From assembly GCA_010909165.1 (NCBI GenBank), contig MU008164.1, forward strand, positions 310,001 through 374,000: a stretch of DNA of 64,000 nt, given 5' to 3'. The translations under genes were made by a program, and so were the position numbers. Shown here in pieces: positions 49,070 to 61,307 of this stretch. Within the stretch, counting starts at the first letter, position 1. Each line of letters starts with the position of its first letter. The notes under the pieces were generated by a model. That model made no database searches, had not been told where the DNA came from, and was given only the letters and a program-made list of their open reading frames with translations. Origin of the DNA: Anthoceros angustus (Eukaryota > Plantae > Anthocerotophyta).

Positions 49070-50480
49070 ATTTCCGACGGGCATGAGTTTTCGCCATAAA
49101 GCACTTGCTTGCCGCTTGGAGAGTTCACAACGGCCGCTCACGCGCTGCCGCCATCGGCGACAAATACTCACCATCGCCACTTCATTCTCACCTCGCCTTC
49201 CTCGCGACACGGGAAAGAAGCACGCCTCCTTCACTCACGCCTTGTCAATCCTCGCGGCACAATGGTCCGACGCCGATCCGGAGTTCACAACGCATATATA
49301 CCGCCATGCCCGAAGCAGTGAAGCACCATTAAAATTCCGCACATTTCCGGGCATGAGTTTTCGCCATAAAGCACTTGCTTGCCGCTTGGAGAGTTCACAA
49401 CGGCCGCTCGCGCCCGATCGCCATCGGCGACAAATACTCACCATCGCCACTTCATTCTCACCTCGCCTCGCGACACGAAGGAAAGAAGCACGCCTCCTTG
49501 TCAATCCTCGCGGCACAATGGTCCGACGCCGATCCGGAGTTCACAACGGCCGCCTCACGCCGATCCGGAGTTCACAACGCATATATACGCCCATGCCCGA
49601 GTGCGGAAGCACCATTAAAATTCGGCACATTTCGCCGGACCGCCAAAGAAACAATCCGGTCTTGGTTCCGCGAGGTGTGTACTTGATGTTTTTACAGCTC
49701 TTTCGTGGATGCGAACGATGATCCGCCGACCCCCTCATGCCGCAGCCGATGCCCATTCTCATGAAGTTGGCAATGGCCACCCGCCACTGCACTGGGGCCA
49801 GCCGATATTCCGCGGTGCTCGCCACGCCGCCGCCGCCCATCGAAATGCGAGTGTGAACTCGACCACACGGCGGATACAGCAGCCAATGCCGGACGGTGTA
49901 TGGTTGTGAAAGAGAGGACATGCTCGCGACCTTGATGCGACGCTAGTGGACATCGATGCGGACGCTGTGGACATCGATGCGGACGCTGCGGACCAGAGAC
50001 CAGCGCTGCGGACCTTCATGCCGACGGAGGAGATTCTGGACTTGGATGAACTGCTGGCCGGTGTTCCCGACGCACCGAAGGAGAGAGCATATGCCCGGAT
50101 CTGGAAATGCCCTTGTTCACCATCGAACCTTGCACCTCGAAAGAGTCCCGCTTAATCGCAACCCCGCTCTTGCTTTCCATTCAAACTCGTTATGGCATAC
50201 CGACGCCGCGTCGATGCGGTTGGTGTATGGTTGTGAAGAGAGGACATGCTGCGGACCTTGATGCGACGCTGTGGACATCGATGCGGACGCTGCGACCATG
50301 GACGCCTGCGGACCTTCATGCCGACGGAGGAGATTACGTGGACTTGGATGAACTGCTGGCGCTGGTGTTCCGGCGTGCACGGCAAGGAGAGAGCATATGC
50401 GGATCTTTGAAATGCCCTTGTTCACCATCGCGACCTTGCACCTCGAAGAGTCCCGCTTAATCGCAACCCCGCTCTTGCTT
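49070..50480. repeat. Two adjacent tandem duplications (~269-bp and ~286-bp periods) upstream of Tnp2
   Basis: GCATGAGTTTTCGCCATAAAGC at 49081 and 49350; GAGAGGACATGCT at ~49912 and ~50198. Confidence 0.85.
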
Positions 50481-52870
50481 TCCATTCAAACTCGTTATGG
50501 CATACGGCGTCGCGATGTCGATTTATTGCGTTGTTGGGCTGCATTTGTTGCCTGAGAGGAATTCTCTGCCCAAGTCGATGACGGAGGCTAAAAAGACATT
50601 GTACTCCTTCGGGCCGCACTTCAAGAAAATTCATGCTGTAAATGATCGATGTCGCTGGGCCCCTATGCGGACCACGCGGAATGCATTAAATGCTCTGCAG
50701 ACAGATATGTCGAGGGCAGTGGACTGCCAAACGGCGCTAGGAGAGCTCCCAGGAAAGTTCTGTGGCACTTTCCGCTCAAGGATAGGCTGGCCCGCATGTT
50801 TAGAGCACCGACACCGCATAATGACAACAGACATGGATCTCATGGAGCACATGATGGGTCCATGGGCATAATGGACACACCGCATGAGGTTTTAGATGGA
50901 TTGGATGGCTTTGGCTCTAACCCGTAAACATCCGTCTCGCTTTGCAACGGACGGTTTAACCCATTTGGACACAAGTCCACAACTACATCTATATGGCTGT
51001 TATGCTATTCTTACACAACCTTCCACCATGGCTAAGCACGAAATCATTATACCATCATGCCGCTTATTGTGCCGGGCCCTCACATTGTGCCGAACTTTGA
51101 TGTTTACATGGAACCTCTTTTGGAGGAGTTGAGAGACCTGTGGCATGGGATACCCATGGACGACTTCTCTTCCGTGACACCACGGCCACGCTATGTAGCA
51201 TTGCTTTGCACACCATAGCCGATTATCCGGCATTGGCACACTCCACGGCGGGTGAAGGGTTCAAGGGCATGTGCGGAATGTTGGGATGGCTTAGACTCCC
51301 GGGCCCACCACGTGTATGGAGGAGTACCTTGGCTCTCGGTGGCTTCCGCCCAATCATCCCATGCGCGGGTAGACATGGACCGGTACAACAATGAAGTGGA
51401 GCGGCCTCGTCCCAATCCCCTCGCTTGACGCTAATGGCGTATATGGAAAGAGAGATAATGCACCGGAGTTGAGGGAGAGAGGCAAGTTTGGCACCCGCAA
51501 AAGCTTATGGTTTGATTACTGCCGTATTGGAGACACATGCCGAGGTGGACACAAAGGGATGTTATGCACATTGAGAAGAACAATGCAGAGGCTTTGTGGC
51601 ACCTTGATAGGAGAGAAAGATGATCTACGATCCCGCTTAGACATGGAAGAATACAAGCAAGCATGAGCTATGGCCATTGCTAGAATAGGAGACCTTCTTG
51701 CTCGCCTCAGTATGTCTTATCCAAGCCGGACTTGGATATGGTTTTATGGAGATGCAGCCATACTGCTACCAATCGGATACGCATCAAACATCGCAAAATC
51801 AAGGCGCAAACTGGGAAACCTCAAAGCTCATGATTGGCATGTTGTCATGGAGATTTATTTCCTATTGTCTTACGGGACGAATCAAGCCCTCGATAGATAG
51901 CAAAGTGACGCCTGAAACTATATCGGATATGCCAACGCCGGATTCCGGCATGAGGTTGGGAGAATGCAACAAGAGTGCATCGGTCATGTGTCACCGGAAA
52001 GAGAATTTCCACCCAACTTGTTTGATATTTCGACGCATCTCATTATTCACTTGGTGGATGATGTTGCGGCATTGGGCCCGTAAGTGTCTGGATGTATCCT
52101 GTGGAGAGGTATTTGGGGAGCAGGAAGGACACTATTAGACAGAAACCCGAGGCGATGGCGAGGGATATGTGAGGAGGAATCTTTCTTTGTATGCTAAGTT
52201 GTACCTTAGTGAACACTATCCTCGTCCTCCCATATTTGGAGCGATAAGTTCATGAAGAATGCGACAGAAAGGCATTAGGCATGGGGACGCCCATACAAGT
52301 TTACGACGCGGAGTTGCACCAGTCCACACTTTCATCTTGGTCCACATCCAAATCTTAGACCCATTCTTGCAGAAGACAAGGAGGAAGTGGAACAAGGAGT
52401 AACGACGAGCCATCTTTTCGTGCATGGATCCATGCCGGATTCGAGCCGGTGGGAAGATTCACCCATCTCACCGACGATGTGGCTGCGATTATGGACGGCC
52501 GTCCCTTTGGGCCACGGCATGTGCACATGGCATGCAAGGAAGCCACCTTCTGACGCCGCAGATTTAAGAGTCGAAAGTGACACAGATGCGGTGTGTTCAC
52601 CCGCACGTCATGGGGACGAAGGGAGCGGACTTACTATGGCCATGTCCAAGAAACTCGGTCTCGCTGGGGTACGAACCACTCATCCCGAAGGTGAAGTGGT
52701 TCGAGTGCAATCCGCACGGCAGATCTCCTTCGCTGATAGAAACGATCATGGTTTCCACCGCGTGTTCACTAGGCGCTATTGTAATGACGGGCGATGATGT
52801 CGATACCCCATTCATATGGCCAAATCAAGTGACCCGATGTATTCTACATGCCGATGGATGATGAAGAGAG
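50460..52870 (+). pseudogene. CACTA Tnp2 transposase, frameshifted (second family)
   Basis: LLPERNSLPKSMTEAKKTL...KKIHA, APRKVLWHFPLKDRLARMF, FATDG, NFDVYMEPLLEELRDLW, DYPAL, LCGTLIGEKDDLRSRLDM, GYASNI...LGNLKAHDWHVVM, VKWF, and PFIWPNQV. Confidence 0.92.
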
Positions 52871-53989
52871 GGGTGGGCATTAGCCGTGCCCACTCCCGCA
52901 CGGGGTGGAGGGAGGAGGAAGGAGGAAGCGTGATGGACATCGTGACGGCCGATAGGAAGTGAAACGATCCATTGAAACCCTAACTAAACGAAACCTCTAC
53001 TACCCGCATGTATGGACCTCGCTTACAAGCTCAATTACGCCTTTAGGCTAATAACAAGAGATGCGATAATAGTCGCACTATTCCCGAGATGTCGGATGTT
53101 CGAAGTCAACAACAATTACGCTCTATGCCATCGCCTTCTTTTCCATAAAACTATCCACCAATATGCGTAAGGTGGCGACCTCGGTCATTTATGGCGGGCT
53201 TTGCCGCAGGCCTCCTCCACTTTAAGAAGGACCCACCAAGTGTGAGAAACTGTAGGCTGCATGTCCATATATATTATGCAGGTTGCGATTAGGTCGGCGC
53301 ATCACGCCATATGTGCGACCATGGAGGAATTGGTGAATTGCTGTGGGTTGTCACAGGTTGTGTGTCAGATGGCGAGGGACAATGCATATGCCAAGGGCTT
53401 GGAGGACATGAACTTCCTCCCGGACATGTATCGGCACATGGCACTTCTACGGTCAGGAGTGGAGTGCGCGGCCAGTCTCACCTCCGGCCCAGGCCGGAGC
53501 CACCTGCGGGCGTGACGGCAATCTGTGCGGGCCGCAGGTGCACCAGGCGTGAGGGGCTTGTGGCCCAGATTTGAGGCCCTTCCGGAAGTGAGTGGGTGTA
53601 GGCTGCGTAGTGAGGCGCGCTCCACCATGAACTGGGAGCGCTGACAATGTAGATTTCTTTGTTCTGTCCTTTTGAGACGTAAGCCCAGTGGTGGCTTTCT
53701 TGTGGTCGAATGTAAAGGCTGCTTGTGTGAAGATGTTGTGTGCTATCGCAGGCCTTGAGGCTGCTGACGCCAAATGCAATCGCACGACGCCTTTGGATGG
53801 GCTGCAGCCAGCGTGCAGGCGTATATGGCGCCTCCAGGCGATCAGCCACAAAGGCCTGTATGGCTGTGAAAGGCATGGCGCGCTAGCATGGCTCCTCCAG
53901 CTATCGCCATAAAGGCACAGGTGACGGTTTCCTTATGGCAACCGACGTGATGGGGTCATGCGAATGGATGTGCGATGGCCCATGCCCCA

Positions 53990-54210
53990 CAGCGACCCTA
54001 AAAGAGAAAACCTTGTGTGTCACAACCTAAAAAGAATCTTCACACACACACCATAGGCTTAGTGACGAGATTGGGACACGAGGGGCAGGCGCCCACGACC
54101 GATGTCGTCAAGTGTGTGACAACAAAGTTTTCCACCGTGTCAAGGAAAACTCTTGTCACCATCGAAAAAAACCCTAAAGGGCTTGGTGACGAGATCGGTA
54201 TTCCATAGTC
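53990..54210 (+). mobile_element. Probable CACTA right terminus with subterminal repeats
   Basis: Repeated GTCAC/GTGAC motifs in both orientations, ending ...GAGATCGGTATTCCATAGTC (canonical ...TAGTG with one mismatch). No left TIR found. Confidence 0.5.
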
Positions 54211-54490
54211 AGCTAGTTTATGGCCTCCATTTATCTCTTTTCACTTCAAGACAGGTCCTATAAGACCTAGAATTCATAGGAAAGGCAGGTCTTATATAAG
54301 ACCTAGAATTTACAGGTCCTATTCAGCGAGGCTTCTATTCATAGAGGCTTAGTTTATGGCCTCTCGGGTCCTATTGAGAGAGGCTTCTATTCATAGAGGC
54401 TTAGTTTATGCCCTCTATTCATAGAGGCCATAAACTAAGCTGCGAAAGAGTTGCTCATAGAGGCCATAAACTAAGCTGCGAAAGAGTTGC
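54211..54490. repeat. Cluster of short direct and inverted repeats immediately upstream of RPL4
   Basis: 18-bp perfect palindrome AGGTCTTATATAAGACCT at 54287-54304, a 20-bp-arm hairpin at 54399-54440, and a 36-bp tandem at 54419-54490. Confidence 0.9.
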
Positions 54491-54501
54491 CAGGGGAAAC
54501 C

Positions 54502-55838
54502 ATGGCGGCTGCACGCCCGCTAGTGACCATCCAGCTGGTGGAAGGCGATGTCGGCGCAGGAGACGCGAAGACGAGCCAGACGACGCTGCCGGAGGTGTTC
54601 AAGGCGCCGATTAGGTCCGACATCGTGCAGTTCGTGCACACCAATTTGGCGAAGAACAAGAGGCAGCCGTACGCTGTGAACAGCAAGGCGGGGCATCAGA
54701 CGTCGGCGGAGTCATGGGGGACAGGCAGGGCTGTGTCCAGGATTCCTCGTGTTCAGGGAGGCGGAACGCACAGAGCCGGGCAGGGAGCTTTCGGCAACAT
54801 GTGCCGAGGAGGGCACATGTTTGCTCCCACCAAGGTCTGGAGGCGCTGGCACCGCAAGGTGAACATCAACCAGAAGCGGTACGCGGTTGTGTCGGCTCTG
54901 GCGGCGTCCGCAGTGCCGGCTTTGGTGCTGGCCCGGGGCCACCGCATCGAGAAGGTGCCGGAGGTGCCGCTCGTGCTCAGCGATGCCGTGGAGGGCATCG
55001 AGAAGACCTCGGCAGCCGTGAATTTGTTGAAGAAGGTGGGAGCTTACGATGATACGGAGAAGGTGAAGGCGAGCCACAACATCCGGGCTGGGAAGGGAAA
55101 GATGAGGAACAGGAGGTATGTGTCTCGCAGGGGCCCGCTGATTGTGTACGGCACTGAGGGTGCGAAGTTGGTGAAGGCGTTTAGGAACATCCCTGGAGTG
55201 GAGATCGTTTCTGTGGATCGGCTCAACCTGCTGCAGCTGGCTCCTGGTGGCCATCTTGGCCGGTTTGTGGTTTGGACGAAGTCTGCTTTCGAGAAGCTGG
55301 ACTCAATCTTCGGGACGGTGGACAGGAAGTCGGATGTGAAGAAGAACTATACCCTGCCTCGCTCCGTCATGGCTAACCCTGATCTAGCCCGGCTCATCAA
55401 CTCTGATGAGATCCAGTCCGTGGTCCGGCCCATCAAGACGGAGTTGAAGAGGAGAGCCCTGAAGAAGAACCCGCTGAAGAATCTGGGAGCCCTCCTGAAG
55501 CTCAACCCGTACGCTAAGACTGCCAGGAGGATGGAGCTTCTGGCCCAGGCTCAGCGGACCAAGGCTAGGGCACAGAAGTTGGACAGCAAGAGGGAGCAGC
55601 CTAACCAGGTGAGTGTGCTCCTGCTTCTCCCTCTGCATGGATCTTGTCTTAACCAGCTGTGTTACTTAAATGCTATCGTGTGTGTTTATGTGTGTTTGTG
55701 TTTGTGTTTTGGCAGGCCGAGGGGGCTACCCCAGAGAACGTGAAGAAGGCTGGTGAAGCCTGGTATAAGACCATGGTCTCAGATAGTGATTACACAGAGT
55801 TTGAGAACTTCGGCAAGTGGCTCGGCGTTTCGCAATAA
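54502..55838 (+). CDS. RPL4: 60S ribosomal protein L4 (uL4); exons 54502-55608 and 55716-55838; 409 aa
   Basis: [41 protein letters not shown], and a plant-type C-terminus [26 protein letters not shown] after a phase-0 GT-AG intron. Confidence 0.97.
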
Positions 55839-56292
55839 ACTGCAGGCTGCTCTGTGTGCTAGATCAGGCAGCTGTGTGTTAGATCAGGAGCTATGTACTA
55901 GGTATCCTTTTTGATCAGGATGAGAACAATTTTGCTCGGCGGCTTACATGCTATGGTCCTCTCACACTCCAGACAATCTGCGATTCGAAGCTCGCGTTTG
56001 GATTCATTGTTGAAAGCTACATACTATTCGTCGAAAATGGATCGGTTGGTGTGTGCAATTTTTGGTATCTAGTTGATACATCACATCGTGTTGTGGATGA
56101 AGATTTCTTGTCGTCCGCCACAACTGTCATGAGACCCACGCACGTTCTGTTAAATCCGCTGGCTGCCCACAGCAGACCAAAGTGCCTGAATTCGGACTTT
56201 AAAAGCTCGAAAATTGAGCGACAGGTAGTTTGAGAAACCAGCCTGCTGAAAGTCGTGCAAAGCGCGGGAAGTGTGTAGACCGAGCTGCCGCG

Positions 56293-59200
56293 ATGGAGGA
56301 ACCGGATGCTGCGGAGCTGGAGTGGCTGGCGATGCAACAGGACGACGAGCTGCTGGGCAATGACAATGAGGATACGTACATGGAGAATGCGCAGCAGCCT
56401 GCTGCGTCAGCGTCGGGTGGCCCTCCGATTGCCTTGCCTGAGGAAGATTTAAGTTGGGTTCCACCACCACCTGCTTTCTCTGAAATTCAGCACCACAATT
56501 CATCAAGGCATGAACCTCCAAGGGAGAACGTATTCAGGGTCGAGCCAGAAAGAGAATACCAGCACCATGCTGAAGCCAAGCAGCTCTACCGGAGGGCAGC
56601 TGATATTGCGGGGGGCTTCCTGCCTGTGACGGGGCCATGTGGGAAGCGAGTATATGCTGCCATTACCAGAGATGTTTGTGCAGACAGAAATTTTACGACA
56701 TTCGGCAACAAGGGCTCTGGGGGTAGGAACTCTTGAGTTCTCAGTTGAATTAGTAAGATGGCTTCAAGCTCGGATTTTGTCTCTTGTGCTCATGTAGCTG
56801 AAGGTACGATGTCACCCACCAGGTCTTCTTTCGGTTCCAATTCATACCTTGCTGGCTCAGTTGGAGGAGGAGAACAGCCTACAGGTAAGAAACAGTGTGG
56901 TTCCAGCAGTCAGATCATGGGTTGATGGGTTTTGCAGAAAAGCAGGACTTTTGCTGCTTTGACATATATTTTATGCAACTGTTGTAGACGGTCACTGCTG
57001 CTGAAGCAAGTGAGATTTCTGCCCGGGACGATACGGGCCTCAGCAAGGAACAGGATCAACTTTGGGTGGACAAGTATGCACCTAAGATGTTTACTGATCT
57101 CCTTAGTGATGAACAAATTAACCGAGAGGTGGGTCTTCCTTTTTGAACTTGAATTGCCACTAGCCGGTGATGTGTATTTGATTTGGTCGGTGTAGAGGGG
57201 TTCAAACATGGGATCTTGGAGCCTTGAAGTGGCTTGTGCTTGCGTGCTCATAGGGCCAGGCCTAAATGAACAGATTCTATGCAAGCTCTTTTCCAGGTGC
57301 TACAGTGGTTAAAGCAGTGGGATACTTGCGTGTTTGGAAAGAAGGCACGATCTGTTCCATCCAACCAACATTCAGGTCTGGAGCAGGAGAGGTGGAAGCC
57401 AGAGAGACTAACAGGAGGTCATGGAATGTCAAAAAGAACATCAAGTTTTCAACGATTTGGCAAAGCAGATAAGGCAGCATACCATGGAGAAAGAAAGACG
57501 TCTGGACAGGAGTCTTTGCACCCAAAACCTCACAGTAGCGCCTTTGAAAAGGCAAGAGCTTGTCTTTGCATTTCCGCTGTTTCTCTTCTCCAGAATATTT
57601 TCTCTCAAAGCCTGAACAGTGGTCCTGCCTTTTCAGATTCTGCTCTTGAGCGGTCCTCCTGGGCTGGGAAAGACAACTCTAGCACACGTTGCAGCCAAGC
57701 ATTGTGGCTATCGTGTTGTAGAGGTACATGTCCCGACATCTAATGAATGTTTCTTTGACCCACCAAGCTTTACGTTGAGAGCACTGCAAGTGAAAGTACA
57801 TGCACGCAGAAAAGCAGCTCTGTTGCTGCGGTCCTTCTCACCTTCAAGCAAAGACTGGATCCTTACAAATCTTCTGTACAGATAAATGCAAGCGATGATC
57901 GTGCTGGAGCTACACTTCAATCAAAAATTCTAGACGCTTTGCAGATGAGAAGTGTCTTGGGAGATGGCAGACCGAATTGTTTGGTAATCATGCCATCACT
58001 CAAGTTTGTGCAAAAAATACATTATTCCCTGGTTGAATGCTCATTCGAGACTCTGATGTGCAGGTAATTGACGAGATAGATGGATCTCTTGGAGGACGAG
58101 AAGGGAAATCAGCAATTGACTCAGTTTTGAGTTTGGTATGTAAAGTTCTAGGCTTAATCCCTTCAATAGTACCTGATAGCAAGCTGATATATGGAATTCG
58201 ATCTTTGAGATCTGGATCTCATTGAAAGCCGATGTTTGCAGATTGCTGCAGAATCAAAGTTACTGGAAGATGCAACTGAGGCAAGTAAGCCCGCCTCCAC
58301 AAAGTCAAAGGAGAGGAAAAAGGGTGCTCCAGCCCGCAAACTTTCTAGACCTGTAAGACATGTGCAGGGTTCCTTCTTTTCTAAGCCAGAGAGGCTTGTG
58401 GCTTGATCTGCATCTATCATGCTCCTTGCTCCGTTCTCACAGTTGCTGTGGCTCTCACTGCAATTCTCTTCAGGTTATATGTATTTGTAATGACCTCTAT
58501 GCCCCTGCTTTAAGAAATCTTCGCCAAGTTGCCAGGTAAAGAAGGGATACAGTATTTGGGTACTTGTCTGGTCCTTTGGCAGCTTTCTTTTAATCTGATG
58601 ATCCATAACCACGACTGCATTGTGTATACTTATAGAATCGAAAGATTTATCCAGCCTGGTCTTTCTCGAGTTGTGACAAGGTAGTCCTCATTGTTGACCC
58701 CACCAAGCAGACAAGTCTCAACTTCTAAAGGCAGTGAAGTGATAGTAGGTGTCAGTTGCCTTCTGGCAGGCTTAAACAGATTTGCAGCCAGGAGGGATAT
58801 GCTACAAATCCTCGCGCCCTTACTCTTCTGGCCGAACATACAGGCAAATTGCTCATCCAGCATTGAAAGTACATCTATGTATGTTTGGGTGTTGGTGTCA
58901 GGTCCCTTCATCCTGAAACATTGTAGCTTTTGTGTGAGACAGAGTGTGACATTCGCTCATGTCTGCACACCCTTCAGTTCTTACAGCAAAAGGGGCAACC
59001 TTTAAACATGGTACTGAAATCTGCATAGCATCTTGATGCTCTTAAACTCGTCGAGATAGCCATGACATGTCTGACGTAGGCCATGTGTTTGGTTCCAAAG
59101 GTTGATGTGGCGTCTCAATCGACAGGGAGGAAAAACATGACCCATAACATTTTCAAGATGTGGAGAGAGGTCTGCTTCTTTCATCTACTCTGCAACATGA

Positions 59201-61256
59201 TGTCACAGGCTTCGACGTCCTTTCTAGTGGGTTTGGAGATACTTTGTCTAACAGGTTGTTCATCACGGTGGCAGGTGTTTCAAAGTGGTACCAAACGATC
59301 TCGGGCGGGGAGTTGGGGTCCAACAAACATGAAGAGTGGTGGTGGAACAGAGCAGATGGAGTTCCAACGCCTTTATGACATCTTCTCTAACCAGTAAGTT
59401 GTCTGTTTTCGTCCGTCATTCTGTGCACTTAAGTGGTTTCGACGTTTGGCTGATTTGATTATCCGTGTGGTTTTACCTCTGCAGTGGTGACTTTGATCTA
59501 GGATTCGAGGGTGTATTTGAGAACTTATTGCAGATGCGGTCTCATGACACCTCGATGACGAAGCTGGTATGATATTGGTGCCAACGCTCGATTCCATGAC
59601 CATCAGTGTAATTTAGTTGTCCTGTTCTTCAAGTCGGTGTGATTGCGGTGGTTACAGGTTGAGTGCTTGAATATCCTCGGGACTTCTGATGTCGTGGAAC
59701 ACAGGGCTGTTTCGCGGCAACACTTCTTCCTTCATGGTGAGATCACTGTTCTGGCGTTTCATCACGAAGACTTGCTTTACATTTTCAGCATTTCGTGCTG
59801 GTGCTTTTCTTGTAGCGTACCAACCATCAAATTTTCTGGCCGTCCGGAGACTGATTTCTCAGCCAGAGATGCCTCATATAACCTGGCCTAAGTTATATCA
59901 AAGGTACTTCAGCGGTCTTTTCTTCTTAGCCTTCGTCTTTCAGATATTCAGAAGACAATTGCACTGGGTCGTTGGTCTAACTGCTTCGCTTGCTAAATGT
60001 GATGTAGCTTCAAGCGTGACGTCAGCTTGAAGAGGGAGATGCTTCAGGATTGGCTTCTGAGCATGTCTGTTGCAGCGAGACGTACTTACAGCCTCCGAAC
60101 TCTCACCCAAGATCTGATATCTCCACTCCTTGCTGCATTGTCCCCAAGGAGGCTACGGACAGTTATCTTCTGAACCTTGATATGTGGCTGTCGGCTGTCA
60201 TTCCCAAATGCTGCCTGTGAGTTTTCCTCCATTTTTTTTGTTGTGGCTGTCCCTTCATGTCGCCCATGGTTGGTTTCTCAGGTGTCCTATCATATATTCA
60301 CAAAAGATGAGAAGGACGAGGTGAAAGAGCTCGTTGGGTCCATGCTTAGATACGGCGTCACTTACAAACAATCAAATTCTGGGAATGGACCAGAGAAGGT
60401 GTTATTCCACATGCATCCGCCGATCAACTCCCTGATCACGTTCCAGGTTAGACTATCATTTAAGCTTTCGCTTGGTAACAACTTTTTTTGGATCGACAGA
60501 AGGTGAAGGACTTGTATTGCCTGTTCGACAGGGCTACTTACCACAATATTGCCCAGTCTCGGATTCCCTGCGGCAAATGCTGAGCCATGAGGTATGAATG
60601 CTTGTTCAGACGAGGCGGCAAAGAGATGGTCTCGAGAACTTGACAGACTTGTTGCAATGGTCATATAGCCCAGCTCTATTGTTGCTGAATATGGAAGCAT
60701 GCTACAGGCTCACATGGAAAGCATCAGACAAAGAGCCGGAGTTTCTTCATCAGAAGAACAAGAAAAGCCCGGAAAACTCAAGCAAGGGCCGGAAGCCTCT
60801 TCTTCTGGGACTCCAGTACTTCAAGATACTCCATCCGCAAGGGAGAAACCCAGAAAGCAAGAGGTGATAAATCCTCCAGCCCCACAGAAGAATGTAAGGA
60901 AGAGACCTGCTCAGGATGCTACGAGCATATTTGACAGGTGAGCTGCACTGACATTAAGGTAGGATTGTGCAAGACGTGAATAAGCAAAATCTACATCCCA
61001 GCCTGCCTGTTCGCAGGTGGAGGATTCAGCCCAAGGATCCTACGAAGACCAACGTTGTTCCAACTTCTACGGCTCAGAGAGACTCGCGGCCTATCGTTTT
61101 CAAGTACCAGGAGGTAAGGTTGTGACTGCATTGCTCACCAAAACAGAGGAAACATGTTGTGTGTTCCAGGGACCAACCATATGTGTCGTGATGACGCGGC
61201 AGGGCTTCACAAGTGCCATCAAGCGGCCCATGTTTGTCCGTGAATTTTTATCATGA
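56293..61256 (+). CDS. CTF18: Chromosome transmission fidelity protein 18 (RFC-like AAA+ ATPase), multi-exon
   Basis: [30 protein letters not shown], Walker [21 protein letters not shown], Walker [33 protein letters not shown], and C-terminal FKYQE|GFTSAIKRP. Confidence 0.93.
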
Positions 61257-61307
61257 GCAGAGCTGCAGCCCGGGAGAAAGCACTGAATCACTCGGCAAAG
61301 GAAGTGC

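Noticed and set aside
54487-55743. RPL4 as the single 418-aa ORF in the track
   Set aside because: That ORF uses an upstream TTG and reads into the intron. The true model starts at ATG 54502 and splices 55608 to 55716.
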